Shown here: positions 19,265 through 29,094 of the stretch, piece by piece
How positions within the stretch are numbered: the first letter of the stretch is position 1
Layout of the letters: every line of letters starts with the position of its first letter
Origin: a bacterium
Lineage (GTDB): Bacteria; Vulcanimicrobiota; Xenobia; Xenobiales; JADMJV01
Length of the DNA stretch: 64,000 nucleotides
Direction: 5' to 3'
NCBI GenBank assembly: GCA_018780265.1
Contig: JADMJV010000035.1
Span: 10,491 to 74,490, forward strand
The notes under the pieces: generated by a model
The model's database searches: none
Told to the model about the DNA's origin: nothing
What the model saw: the letters and a program-made list of their open reading frames with translations, nothing else
Made by a program: the position numbers and the translations under genes

Positions 19265-21430
19265 ATGGAACTGCAAGGATCAGCGCTGTTCGCCAAATAC
19301 TTGCTAGGGTTGCCGCTACTGGCCAGCCTGCTGACGGCATTTCTGACGCGCCCGTGGCCCCTTGTATCGGCCCTGGTCAGTTGGGCCAGCACCTTCGGCT
19401 GCCTCTTGATTTCGGGGAAAATCCTGGTAGAGCGCATGGTGGCGGGCTCCAATCCTATCTCTTACTGGGCCAGACCCTGGTTGACGGTGGTGACTCCGGG
19501 GGGCTCCTCGGGTCTTAACGGACTCTCGCTGGGATTTATGATCGACAATCTGACCGCCGCCATGCTGGTGATGGTCTGCTTTATCGCTTTGCTCATTCAG
19601 ATTTATAGCTACAGCTATATCAGCACCGAAGTGCATCATTTCCCTACCCAAGGGCCCACCACGGTGTCCCGCTTTTTTGCCTGTCTCAACCTGTTCATCT
19701 TTGCGATGTTGGGACTGGTGCTGTCGGTCAGCACTGTCCAGATCTACATTTTTTGGGAACTGGTGGGGCTGTGCTCCTATCTGCTCATCGGCTTTTGGTT
19801 TTTCAAAACCTCGGCCGCGGTGGCCAGTCGAAAGGCCTTTGTGGTGACAAAGTTCGCCGACCTGGGCTTCTTGCTGGGCGTACTCTGCTTGGGCGCCTCG
19901 GCCAACACTTTCCTGTTCCCGACGCTGCTGACCAAAGACCTCTCCGATGTATCTCCGCTGTTGCTCAATCTGGGGCTGATTCTGCTGTTCTGTGGCGCTA
20001 TCGGAAAAAGCGCCCAATTCCCCCTGCACATCTGGTTGCCCGACGCCATGGAAGGCCCTACGCCGGTCTCGGCGCTTATCCACGCTGCCACCATGGTGGC
20101 AGCCGGCGTCTACCTGGTCGCCCGCACTGCCCCGCTCTTCGCCCAGGCCCCCTACGCCGCCATGGTGGTGGCCTGGATCGGTGCCATCACAGCCCTGGTG
20201 GCCGCCAGCCTGGCTCTGGTGCAAAACGACATCAAAAAAATTCTGGCCTATTCCACCGTTTCTCAGTTAGGTTTCATGGTCACAGCCCTGGGCGCTGGCG
20301 CCACCAACGCTGGCACCTTTCACCTGATCACTCACGCCTTCTTCAAAGCCTTGCTTTTCTTGGGCTCGGGTGCCGTGATTGTGGCCTGCCACAGCAACGA
20401 TATCTGGCGTATGGGCGGACTCAAGAAAGCCCTGCCCGCCACCCATCTGGCCTTCTGGCTGGGCTGTCTGGCCCTGGCTGGCATCCCCCCGTTGGCCGGT
20501 TTCTGGTCCAAGGACGAAATTTTGGGCGGTCTGACTCACCAGATTCCCTTGTTGGCGATTTTGGGTTTCACGGCCTTGCTCACCGCCTTCTATGTTGGCC
20601 GCCTTTATTTCGTGGCCTTTGCTGGCGAATATCGAGGCCAGCGCGAAGATTTGAGCCTGGGCGGTCCGATTCCGCCGGCCGATCTGCCGACCCCCATGTC
20701 GCCCGCCAAAGCCGCCTTTGAAATGCAGCCATTCTGGAGTGAAGAGCGGGTGGAACGGGACGGTCGCGCACTCCCTCCCGAATGCATGGGCTCTCTGAGC
20801 GAGCACGTTCCGCACCACAGCGGTCCTCCTCACGAAGTCTCGCCCATGATGTACATCCCACTCTTGATTTTATCTGTTTTTGCCGTCTTCTTGGGCTTGA
20901 TCGGGGTGCCCGACCATCTGCTGGGCTATCCCAACTACTTCGCCGACTTTGTCTTTCCCAACGCGGAGCATCACCCCGCCAATTGGGCCTTGATGATCAC
21001 CTCGGCGCTGATCGCGGCGGCGGGCTACCTGTTCGCCAAGGCGATGTATGAAAAGCAGCCCGAAGAAGGCGAACGCAAGTTACATTCCTGGCTGGGTCGA
21101 TTCCTGACGGTGCTTCAACAAAAATACTATATGGACCATTTCTGGGCCTGGTGCCTGACTCATCTGGTCTACCTGGACGCAAAAATCGTGGGTCGCTTTG
21201 ACGAAAACAGCGTCGACGGGGCGGTATACGGCGTGGGCAAAGCGACTTACAAATTGGGAAGTCTGGTGCGCCAGGAGCAGACGGGTCAACTGCAGCGCTA
21301 CGCTCTGACCCTGGTGGTCGGATTGATCTTGCTGGTCTTCGCCATAGCCTTGCTCGACCCTGAGTTTGTGCTGCGACACCTGATACCCGGCCTGAATAGC
21401 GGGCCTAAAGTGCCCGGGGGGCAACCATGA
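19265..21430 (+). CDS. nuoL: NADH-quinone oxidoreductase subunit L
   Basis: HIWLPDAMEGPTPVSALIHAATMVAAGVYL plus the long C-terminal extension typical of NuoL. Confidence 0.92.
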   Translation: MELQGSALFAKYLLGLPLLASLLTAFLTRPWPLVSALVSWASTFGCLLISGKILVERMVAGSNPISYWARPWLTVVTPGGSSGLNGLSLGFMIDNLTAAMLVMVCFIALLIQIYSYSYISTEVHHFPTQGPTTVSRFFACLNLFIFAMLGLVLSVSTVQIYIFWELVGLCSYLLIGFWFFKTSAAVASRKAFVVTKFADLGFLLGVLCLGASANTFLFPTLLTKDLSDVSPLLLNLGLILLFCGAIGKSAQFPLHIWLPDAMEGPTPVSALIHAATMVAAGVYLVARTAPLFAQAPYAAMVVAWIGAITALVAASLALVQNDIKKILAYSTVSQLGFMVTALGAGATNAGTFHLITHAFFKALLFLGSGAVIVACHSNDIWRMGGLKKALPATHLAFWLGCLALAGIPPLAGFWSKDEILGGLTHQIPLLAILGFTALLTAFYVGRLYFVAFAGEYRGQREDLSLGGPIPPADLPTPMSPAKAAFEMQPFWSEERVERDGRALPPECMGSLSEHVPHHSGPPHEVSPMMYIPLLILSVFAVFLGLIGVPDHLLGYPNYFADFVFPNAEHHPANWALMITSALIAAAGYLFAKAMYEKQPEEGERKLHSWLGRFLTVLQQKYYMDHFWAWCLTHLVYLDAKIVGRFDENSVDGAVYGVGKATYKLGSLVRQEQTGQLQRYALTLVVGLILLVFAIALLDPEFVLRHLIPGLNSGPKVPGGQP

Positions 21431-22935
21431 CCGTCTCTCCGCTCAGTGCCGCGATCTGGATTCCTGCCCTGATGGCCCTGGTTATCGCCCTGCTGCCTTC
21501 GCGCTGGGTACGCTCCATCCAGGCGCTGGCTATTCTGGGCGGGGGAGCCTCCCTGTTCATCAGCATTCAACTGTTTGCCACCTACTTTCAGCAAAACATG
21601 AGCAAGTTTCAGGAAGTACATAGTGTGCCCTGGCTGACCGACCTTGGGATTCAATATAAGGTGGGAATTGACGGACTGTCGTTGAGTATGATTTTGCTCA
21701 CCGGCCTGGTCAGTTGGGCCGCTCTCTGGATGTCGATCTCGATCGACAAGCGTCAAAAAGAATTCTTTGTGCTCACATTGCTGGCCATCACCGGCGTCTA
21801 CGGCGTATTTGCTTCGATCGATCTGTTCTTCTTCGTGATTTTTTACGAACTGGCTTCGATCCCGATGTATTTCCTGGTGGGCATCTGGGGGTCCGACAAG
21901 CCTGGTTCGGGCCGGCCCATCTACAAGGAGCAGGCTGCCACCAAACTGTTGATCTATCTGCAACTGGGCGGCGGCCTGGTGCTGCTGGGCATTCTGGCCC
22001 TCTATTTCGCCACCGGCGCTCACACCTTCGATTTCCAAGAACTCCAAAAGGTCACCCTGAGCGAGACCCACCAGAAGGTGCTCTTCGTCCTTTTCTTTGT
22101 GGGTTTCGGCATCGAGGCAGGTCTGGTTCCCCTGCATACCTGGCTGCCCGAAGGCCACTCTTCGGCTCCCACTCCCCTCTCAATGCTGCTGGCCGGCGTG
22201 TTGCTGAAAATGGGCGGCTACGGCATCCTGCGCTTCGGTCTGCAACTCACCCCGCTGGGTGCGGCCGCCTTTTTCCCAGCTTTGGCCGCCCTGGGCGGCA
22301 TCAATGTGCTTTACGGAGGGCTTTGCGCATTGCGTCAGAGCGACGTCAAAGTCATGATTGCCTACTCCAGCGTGGGCCACATGGGTATGTTCTTCCTGGG
22401 TATCGGCTGTTTTACGGCCAGCCAACCCTACGCCATGTATGGCCTGCTGGGGGCTCAATTCCAACTCTTTTCTCACGGCGTCATCACAGCCATGCTTTTT
22501 GCCGTGGCCGGGGCCGTTTACGGCCAGACTCACACCCGTGACTTGCGGGGCTGGGGCGGACTGGCCGCCAAAATGCCCGTTTTCACGTTTTTCTATGTGC
22601 TGGCTGCCATGGGCTCGCTGGGGTTGCCTGGCCTCACCGGCTTTTGGGCTGAATTTATGGTCCTCTTTGGCACCTGGGGCTGCATCACTCCGCTGGCGGT
22701 GGCCGCCGTTCCCGGGCTCTTATTAACCACCATGTTCCTGCTGCGCTCGGTGCAATATGGATTCTTTGGCCCGCTCAGTCCCGACCATCTCCACGTGCGC
22801 GACGCCGCCTGGTGGGAAGCTGTGCCCTTGATCACGCTGGCCATGGCCGCCCTCTTTTTTGGCTGTATGCCCATTCTTCTCACCACTCCGGCCGTATCCG
22901 TGCTTTCGACCCTTCTCCCAAGGGCGTTGCCATGA
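21427..22935 (+). CDS. nuoM: NADH-quinone oxidoreductase subunit M
   Basis: LHTWLPEGHSSAPTPLSMLLAGVLLKMGGYG. ATGA overlap with nuoL. Confidence 0.92.
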   Translation: MTVSPLSAAIWIPALMALVIALLPSRWVRSIQALAILGGGASLFISIQLFATYFQQNMSKFQEVHSVPWLTDLGIQYKVGIDGLSLSMILLTGLVSWAALWMSISIDKRQKEFFVLTLLAITGVYGVFASIDLFFFVIFYELASIPMYFLVGIWGSDKPGSGRPIYKEQAATKLLIYLQLGGGLVLLGILALYFATGAHTFDFQELQKVTLSETHQKVLFVLFFVGFGIEAGLVPLHTWLPEGHSSAPTPLSMLLAGVLLKMGGYGILRFGLQLTPLGAAAFFPALAALGGINVLYGGLCALRQSDVKVMIAYSSVGHMGMFFLGIGCFTASQPYAMYGLLGAQFQLFSHGVITAMLFAVAGAVYGQTHTRDLRGWGGLAAKMPVFTFFYVLAAMGSLGLPGLTGFWAEFMVLFGTWGCITPLAVAAVPGLLLTTMFLLRSVQYGFFGPLSPDHLHVRDAAWWEAVPLITLAMAALFFGCMPILLTTPAVSVLSTLLPRALP

Positions 22936-24437
22936 CCGCCAGTTGGCTGCGCACGTTCCACCAGATGACGCCGGAGGCGGCAGTTGTGCTCACCCTGGTC
23001 TGGGTGGTTCTGAGCGACCTCTTTCTGCCACGCAACCCGCGCCATTTGTGGATCCAGAGCTTCATAGGGCTATGCGGCGCCACCATCGCAGCCATCCTGC
23101 TCTTTCAGGTGGACACGCCCGCCCAGGCTTTGATGCCATCCATCCAATGGGTCTTTCTCAGTTCGCCCCTGACGAGCGCCGTCAAGGCAGTGATTTTGCT
23201 GTTGGCCACGCTATCGGTGGCCTTCGCCCATCGTAGCTTTGGGGAAGCCGAGCGAAATGCCGGTGAATTTTACGCCCTCATCCTTTTCTCCACCCTGGGT
23301 GCGCTGCTGTGCGTTTCCTCGCAGGACTTGCTGATGTTCTTTGTCAGCTTTGAACTGCTTTCGCTGCCCCTCTACATGCTGTGTGCCTTTCGCCGCTATC
23401 ATTCCCCGTCCGCCGAGGCGGGCTTGAAATATTTCATCAACGGTGCCCTCAGTTCGGCCATCCTGCTGTATGGGATCAGTTGGATGTACGGCAGCCTGGG
23501 GACCACCCATCTACCTACCATAGCCATGCGCTATGCCGAATTGGAGCACGCACCAGCCGGCCTCTACCTGGGCTGTCTGATGATTTTAGCAGGCCTGGCC
23601 TTCAAGGTGGCGGCGGCCCCCTTTCATAACTGGGCCCCCGATGTCTACTCCGGAGCCCCACCGGCCGTGTCTGTATTTCTCTCGACCGCGCCCAAGGTGG
23701 CCATGGTCGGTTTCATCGTGCGTCTGTTCTGGGGCTTCTTAGACGGCTCCGGCCTCTACTTCCAACTGGGCACCGACTGGGTCTTTATCTTCGTCATTCT
23801 CTCGGTGGTTTCCATGTTCGTTGGCAACCTGAGCGCCCTGCCCCAGACGGACGTGCGCAAGATCCTGGCCTATTCGGGCATCGCTCAAATCGGCTACCTC
23901 TTCCTGGGTCTGGCTGCCTGCTCGCAGGCCAATCCGCACCCGGACAAGGCCCTCGCGGCCGTGCTATTCTACGTGACCGTCTACGGTATCTCCAATTTGG
24001 GGGCCTGGGCCGTGCTGACGGTGGTAGGTCGCGAACGCGAAAACCTGGACTTCAGTAGCCTCAAAGGCCTGCACCAGCGCAACCCGCTGTTAGCGGCCTG
24101 CCTGGCCCTATGCCTGATGTCTCTGGCGGGCGTTCCGCCACTGTCAGGATTTACCGGTAAATTTTACCTTTTCCGAGCGATCTACGAGAGCAAACTCCCC
24201 TTTTTGGTGGTCTTGGGTATCCTGAATTCGGTCATTTCTCTCTTTTATTACTTTAAAGTGTTAAAGGCGGCCTATTTTGTGGAAGCAGAAGAGGGCGGCC
24301 CTGCTTTCCCGGTGTTGTCTGCTGCGCAACAACTGGCGGTTCAGGTGTGTCTCTGGTCCAACCTCGTGCTGGGCCTGTGGCCCGGTTTGATTCGCGAATT
24401 TGACCGGGTGGCCAGTACTTTGACCCAAGGAAACTAA
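22932..24437 (+). CDS. nuoN: NADH-quinone oxidoreductase subunit N
   Basis: PFHNWAPDVYSGAPPAVSVFLSTAPKVA. I place the start at ATG 22932 (ATGA overlap with the nuoM stop) rather than the track start 22812, which lies inside nuoM. Confidence 0.9.
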   Translation: MTASWLRTFHQMTPEAAVVLTLVWVVLSDLFLPRNPRHLWIQSFIGLCGATIAAILLFQVDTPAQALMPSIQWVFLSSPLTSAVKAVILLLATLSVAFAHRSFGEAERNAGEFYALILFSTLGALLCVSSQDLLMFFVSFELLSLPLYMLCAFRRYHSPSAEAGLKYFINGALSSAILLYGISWMYGSLGTTHLPTIAMRYAELEHAPAGLYLGCLMILAGLAFKVAAAPFHNWAPDVYSGAPPAVSVFLSTAPKVAMVGFIVRLFWGFLDGSGLYFQLGTDWVFIFVILSVVSMFVGNLSALPQTDVRKILAYSGIAQIGYLFLGLAACSQANPHPDKALAAVLFYVTVYGISNLGAWAVLTVVGRERENLDFSSLKGLHQRNPLLAACLALCLMSLAGVPPLSGFTGKFYLFRAIYESKLPFLVVLGILNSVISLFYYFKVLKAAYFVEAEEGGPAFPVLSAAQQLAVQVCLWSNLVLGLWPGLIREFDRVASTLTQGN

Positions 24438-24438
24438 T

Positions 24439-24846
24439 ATGCCCGAATCGCCTGCACCCGAGCTGGGAGAACAAGTCATTGCCAGGATTCTGCTGCGCCG
24501 GATGCACGACGAACAGAGCCTGATCGCCGGCGAACGGGAAGCCGTGTCCTATCGTGTGGCCGAACTGATGGTCAGCGCCAAAGATCTTTACTCCCAGTAT
24601 TTGCCTCGCCTGCTCAAAGAAGTCGAGTCTCAACACACTCTGGAAGATGAAATCTCTGGCCTGCGCATGGCCCTGCTTCACCTACGAGACCTGGTAACCG
24701 ACTTCGACAACGCCTTCCTGGAGGCCATGTACAGCGAACGCAAAGCCAATCCCGAAATGGTCTACGACCCGTGGAAAAACAGCGAGCAAGAAGACGAGTG
24801 GACCGCCGAAGATTTGGGTCTCAGCGAAGAGGAAATGGAAGAATAG
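24439..24846 (+). CDS. hypothetical acidic protein
   Basis: 135-aa ORF starting 2 nt after the nuoN stop, with an acidic C-terminus (EQEDEWTAEDLGLSEEEMEE). Confidence 0.5.
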   Translation: MPESPAPELGEQVIARILLRRMHDEQSLIAGEREAVSYRVAELMVSAKDLYSQYLPRLLKEVESQHTLEDEISGLRMALLHLRDLVTDFDNAFLEAMYSERKANPEMVYDPWKNSEQEDEWTAEDLGLSEEEMEE

Positions 24847-24852
24847 CCCTAC

Positions 24853-25551
24853 CTAGATCAATTCCTGGACGGTCTGGTTCTCGATGTCAAAGCTCATCGG
24901 TCCCACCTGCGGCTTGGTGCGCGTGGTCAATTCAAGCTTTATCAGGCACCCTTTGGCATTGTCAAACCACATCGTCCCATCGGAAGCCGTTTTGACATTG
25001 CTGGCGCCGCGGCCATCGGGCAGGGGCACCTGAAACTCGACCGGCTCCGAAGTAAAGCTGATGCGCACGCAATCGGTGCCTTTCATCTCTTCATCGCACT
25101 CGTAGGTATAAATATACTTCATGGTCACGGGCGTGGGCACGTTGGGCAACTGGGTTTGAGTCTGCCCCTCCCAGGTGGCGCCAGCGGTCACCTCAGCTTC
25201 TGGAAAAGCGAACGCGTTGCCCTGATTGGGGCCAGAAACTTCGTGCACTTCGCCGCGCGCCCCCAGATGCTGATAAATCACACTGCGAGCGCCGTCAGGA
25301 ATGCCGGGACCAGGCTTGGGCACGGTGACACTGACCACATGGGCGGTGCCATCATCCAGAGCGCGAATGACGTTTTGATCCAGCCGGGCCTCAAATCCGC
25401 CCTTTTCTTCTCCAACCGTTTTGCCTTCCTGACTGGCTGTCTGGCTCGATTTGCTAACCAATGCATAGTTGAGCACCTGATCGGTGGAAAACTTGAGACG
25501 TAAGACCTGACCCATAGCTGCTGAATCTCCTTTTTGGCAAGTGGCCAGCAC
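24853..25551 (-). CDS. hypothetical protein
   Basis: 232-aa ORF with beta-rich composition. The likely start is the internal MGQVLRL near 25515. Confidence 0.55.
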   Translation of the reverse strand: MLATCQKGDSAAMGQVLRLKFSTDQVLNYALVSKSSQTASQEGKTVGEEKGGFEARLDQNVIRALDDGTAHVVSVTVPKPGPGIPDGARSVIYQHLGARGEVHEVSGPNQGNAFAFPEAEVTAGATWEGQTQTQLPNVPTPVTMKYIYTYECDEEMKGTDCVRISFTSEPVEFQVPLPDGRGASNVKTASDGTMWFDNAKGCLIKLELTTRTKPQVGPMSFDIENQTVQELI

Positions 25552-25768
25552 CGTTCTTCCCCGGAGAAGATTCTACCTTCGGGTAGAGAATGAAAGAGAG
25601 GTGGGGGATGGGCCGGTGTGTGTGGGCCAGACCTCAAATGGACAGGCCCATGCTGCTGGGTATCTGGTTGTTGCTGGCGCCCTTTTGCTGGCACAAAAAA
25701 TTTGCTGGCGAGGGAACCCATCCTGCGACACGAACCCATGCACCGTGGCTCGTCGTAAAGAACCTTCC

Positions 25769-26257
25769 ATGGCCTGGGTTCCTCTGGGGATTTTGACTGT
25801 CTTGTTGGCGGCCACGCCCGTGGGTTATGTGCCCGTGCCAGGCACGGCGGCCTTTTTGACCCTGGCCCATGTGCCGGTCATTCTCGGGGGTATTCTGTGC
25901 GGGCCCATCATTGGCCTGATTCTCGGGCTGCTCTTCGGTATGGGCAACTATTTCCACATTCCACCCCATGATCCGGTTGTGCAGATCGTGCCCCGGGTGC
26001 TTTGCGGGTTTGTGGCCGCAGTGGTCTTTTGGGCGGCCCGTCGCCACGGCAATCCCGAATCGCAATTGACTGTCGGGTCCATTTCCGCTGCCCTGGCTGG
26101 TAGCCTGACCAACACTCTGGGAGTGACCCTACTGGCTGCCTTGAAGGGACTGATGCCCGGGGAGGAAGTGGTTGGCGTCGTCCTCTTTCACGGTGCTCCT
26201 GAAGCCCTGCTGGCCGTGATGGTGGCCCTACCTTTCGCCGTGTCTCGCCATCGCTAG
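25769..26257 (+). CDS. ECF-transporter S-component-like small membrane protein
   Basis: MAWVPLGILTVLLA...LTLAHVPVILGGILCGPIIGLILGLLFG, about 6 TM helices. I use the ATG at 25769 because the track start 25541 adds a non-membrane, low-quality N-terminus. Confidence 0.55.
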   Translation: MAWVPLGILTVLLAATPVGYVPVPGTAAFLTLAHVPVILGGILCGPIIGLILGLLFGMGNYFHIPPHDPVVQIVPRVLCGFVAAVVFWAARRHGNPESQLTVGSISAALAGSLTNTLGVTLLAALKGLMPGEEVVGVVLFHGAPEALLAVMVALPFAVSRHR

Positions 26258-26285
26258 CCCGCCCAGGAAGGGACCCCCCTTTGGC

Positions 26286-27563
26286 TTGGAAAACTCCCCG
26301 GGAATGGAAGTCAGCAATAGTGAATTGCACGAAGTAAGTCGCCTTTATCGGGAGCACATCAGTCCCGACCTGGGCCGCCTCATGAAGTTTGGCGGTCCCG
26401 GGAGCCTGGAAGTCAGCGCCCAGGATTGTCGAGTGGTCGACCATCTGGGCCGCAGTTATCTGGATTTGGCCGGCGGCTACGGGGTCTTCAGCCTGGGCCA
26501 TGCCCACCCCGAAGTGGTGGCGGCCGTGCAGGCCCAGCTTCAGCAGTTGCCTCTCTCCAGCCGAGTAATGCTCAGTCCTCCCCAGGCCTATCTGGCTCGC
26601 GACCTGGCAGCTACCGCACCGGGTCGGCTACAATACTGCTTTTTTTGCAACAGCGGCGCCGAAGCTGTAGAGGGTGCCCTCAAGTTGGCCCGTCTGGCCA
26701 CAGCCAGACCCGCCCTGGTGGCCTGCCACAACAGCTATCACGGCAAAACGATGGGGGCCCTCTCGGTGACCGGCCGCGAGGGCTACCGTCAACCCTTCGA
26801 GCCCCTGATCCCGCAAGTTCACTTTGTCGATTTTGGAGACGTCGGCCAACTCAAAGCGTCTCTCACCTCGCAGGTGGCCGCCTTCATTGTAGAGCCCATC
26901 CAGGGCGAGGGCGGCATTTACGTGGCCCCTCCCGGCTACCTGGAAACGGCCCGACAACTGTGCACGGAGAGGGGCGTGCTGCTGATCGCCGACGAGGTGC
27001 AATGTGGACTGGGGCGCAGCGGGCGAATGTTTGCCGTGGAACATTGGGGAGTGCAGCCTGACATACTGGTGCTGGCCAAGGCGCTCGGAGGCGGCGTGGT
27101 GCCAGCCGGTGCCATTGTTGGCACCCCCGAGGTGTGGAAGGCCCTGAAAGGTCGCCCCTTGCTGCACACCAGCACCTTTGGCGGCAACCCCCTGGCCTGC
27201 GTGGCCGGACGCAAGACTCTGGAAATATTGCAGCGCGACCAGCTGCCGGCCAAAGCCGAGCGCGATGGCAACTGGCTGATCGGCCAGCTCAGCAAGCTGG
27301 CCGCAGAATTTCCCCAACTCATCGCCCAGGTCAGAGGGTTGGGCCTGATGATCGGTGTAGAGATGGCCCGAGAGGAATTTGCCGGCTCGTTGATCAACGA
27401 GTTGCTCAAGCGACATCTGCTGGCCGTTTACACTCTCAATCAACCCAAGGTGATTCGACTGGAGCCCCCTCTGACCATATCGTCCGACGATCTTCAACAA
27501 GCCGTAGACTGCTGGCGCCAGGCCCTGGCGGCCACGGCTGAACGGTTTTTGGTGGTGCGCTGA
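26286..27563 (+). CDS. class III (omega-type) PLP aminotransferase, ArgD/PatA-like
   Basis: GGYGVFSLGHAHPEVV, FCNSGAEAVEGALKLAR, IADEVQCGLGRSGRMFA and PDILVLAKALGGG (PLP lysine). TTG at 26286 or ATG at 26304. Confidence 0.9.
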   Translation: MENSPGMEVSNSELHEVSRLYREHISPDLGRLMKFGGPGSLEVSAQDCRVVDHLGRSYLDLAGGYGVFSLGHAHPEVVAAVQAQLQQLPLSSRVMLSPPQAYLARDLAATAPGRLQYCFFCNSGAEAVEGALKLARLATARPALVACHNSYHGKTMGALSVTGREGYRQPFEPLIPQVHFVDFGDVGQLKASLTSQVAAFIVEPIQGEGGIYVAPPGYLETARQLCTERGVLLIADEVQCGLGRSGRMFAVEHWGVQPDILVLAKALGGGVVPAGAIVGTPEVWKALKGRPLLHTSTFGGNPLACVAGRKTLEILQRDQLPAKAERDGNWLIGQLSKLAAEFPQLIAQVRGLGLMIGVEMAREEFAGSLINELLKRHLLAVYTLNQPKVIRLEPPLTISSDDLQQAVDCWRQALAATAERFLVVR

Positions 27564-28000
27564 TGGTTTACATCGAGCGCTCGATCGTGATCCAGGGCCC
27601 CATTCAAGAGGTTTATGAGTTGGCGAAAGACATGGAGCGCTACCCGGAGTTCATGCCTGACGTGGAGAGCGTGAAGGTCATTGAGCGCGAGTCTCATCGC
27701 ACTGTCACCGAGTGGGAGACCAGCGTGGACGGCACCCCCATCCTGTGGACCGAGGAAGACCGCTTCTACGACGAAAAATTTGTCATCGAATACCAACTCA
27801 TCGAGGGCGACCTGGATAAGTTCGAAGGCGAGTGGCGCTTTGTGGAAAGGGAAGGGGGCACTCAAGTGACCCTCACGGTGGACTACGATTTCGGGATTCC
27901 CGAGCTCACCAACCTGATTGGCCCCACCCTCCAGCAAAAAGTTGGCGAGAACTCCGAAATGATGCTTGAGGGCATGAAACGAAGAATCGAAGGGACATGA
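27563..28000 (+). CDS. SRPBCC (START/RatA/cyclase-dehydrase) family protein
   Basis: IERSIVIQGPIQEVYELAKDMERYPEFMPDVESVKVIERE..., 145 aa. The start overlaps the upstream stop. Confidence 0.75.
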   Translation: MVYIERSIVIQGPIQEVYELAKDMERYPEFMPDVESVKVIERESHRTVTEWETSVDGTPILWTEEDRFYDEKFVIEYQLIEGDLDKFEGEWRFVEREGGTQVTLTVDYDFGIPELTNLIGPTLQQKVGENSEMMLEGMKRRIEGT

Positions 28001-29094
28001 ATCGATTCGGCTTTCTGATCCACCCGCTGGGTATGCAAGACGTGGTCCGCTACGCCCCCAATGCCCGAGGCAAGCGCGAGGCGCTGGTCAGCAAGATTTT
28101 AGAATGGATGCCGCCCTACCAGGCGTCGCTGGTGACGGGCGTTCGGTCCAAGGCGGTCGACACGCCTATCGAGGGCCATTTTATCACGGTGCCCATGTTG
28201 CCTCGCCAGTTTCTCGAGAAAGACCGCGACTGGGTTTTTGAAAAGGTGTTGCGAGGTGCCCTGCTGGCTCAGAGCTGTGGAGCCCAGATCGTGGGGCTGG
28301 GTGGCTACACCTCCATGGTAGGCGAGGCGGGCAAGGCCATTGCCGAGCGACTCGACGTGGGCGTCACCAGCGGCAACTCCTATACCGTGGTGGCGGCCAT
28401 GGAGGCCACCCTGGCCGCGGCTCGAGCCATGGATCTGGACCTGACGCGCAGCAATGTAGCCGTGGTGGGAGCGACCGGCGCCATCGGGGCAGTCTGTTCT
28501 CGGCTGCTCTCTCGTCAGGTGGCCCGCCTTTCGCTGGTGGCTCGCAGTCGTTCGCGCCTGCAGACCCTGGCTGAAAAAATTCACGCCGAAGGCCGCTGCG
28601 CCGTATCTATCGACAACGATCTGGAGCGCGGCATTCGCGAGGCGGATGTCATCGTGACCGCCACCGCTTCGGGAGGCAGCATCATCCGGGCCGACTCGCT
28701 CAAGCCCGGGGTGGTGATCTGCGATGTGGCTCTACCTCACGATGTCTGCCGGGAGGTCGCCCGCACGCGTCCCGACGTGCTGGTGGTAGAAGGCGGCGTG
28801 ATCGAGGTGCCTGGCGAAGTCGAGTTCAATTTTGACTTCGGCTACCCCGCGCGCCATTCGCTGGCCTGCATGGCCGAAACCATGATCCTCGCGCTAGAGG
28901 GCCGCTTTGAAGACTACAGTCTGGGTAGGGGCTTGTCGCTGGAAAAGGTTCAGGAGATCAGCCGGTTGGCGCAACGCCACGGCTTCCGCACGGCTGGACT
29001 GCGAGCCAACGACGAGGCCGTCACCAGCGACAAAATCGAAGAGGTTAAGTCACGTATTAAGGATCATCGGCGAGGCCTTAGCGTAATCCGATGA
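27997..29094 (+). CDS. acyl-ACP reductase (AAR)-family NAD(P)-dependent reductase homologue
   Basis: Colinear with the cyanobacterial AAR as I remember it. FGFLIHP matches FGLIGH, GLGGYTSMVGE matches ALGGFTSII, and VTSGNSYTVVAA matches FTTGNTHTAYVI. VAVVGATGAIGAVCSRLL matches VAVVGATGDIGSAVCRWL, and SLACMAETMILALEG matches MFACFAEAMLLEFEG, with the catalytic Cys conserved. Confidence 0.75.
   Translation: MNRFGFLIHPLGMQDVVRYAPNARGKREALVSKILEWMPPYQASLVTGVRSKAVDTPIEGHFITVPMLPRQFLEKDRDWVFEKVLRGALLAQSCGAQIVGLGGYTSMVGEAGKAIAERLDVGVTSGNSYTVVAAMEATLAAARAMDLDLTRSNVAVVGATGAIGAVCSRLLSRQVARLSLVARSRSRLQTLAEKIHAEGRCAVSIDNDLERGIREADVIVTATASGGSIIRADSLKPGVVICDVALPHDVCREVARTRPDVLVVEGGVIEVPGEVEFNFDFGYPARHSLACMAETMILALEGRFEDYSLGRGLSLEKVQEISRLAQRHGFRTAGLRANDEAVTSDKIEEVKSRIKDHRRGLSVIR

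Noticed and set aside
19972-19993. tmRNA-like 5' end GGGGCTGATTCTG
   Set aside because: It lies in frame inside nuoL (LNLGLILLFCG), with no tag reading frame or tRNA-like 3' end nearby.
25552-25768. Riboswitch (TPP-like: GGTATCTGGTTGTTGCTGGCG...GCTGGCGAGGGAAC) in the 217-nt leader of the ECF S-component-like gene
   Set aside because: The CTGAGA box is absent, and the CTGG...CTGG segment cannot form the P5-type hairpin seen in TPP elements. I recognise no other riboswitch core. A cmscan against Rfam would settle whether the long leader holds anything.
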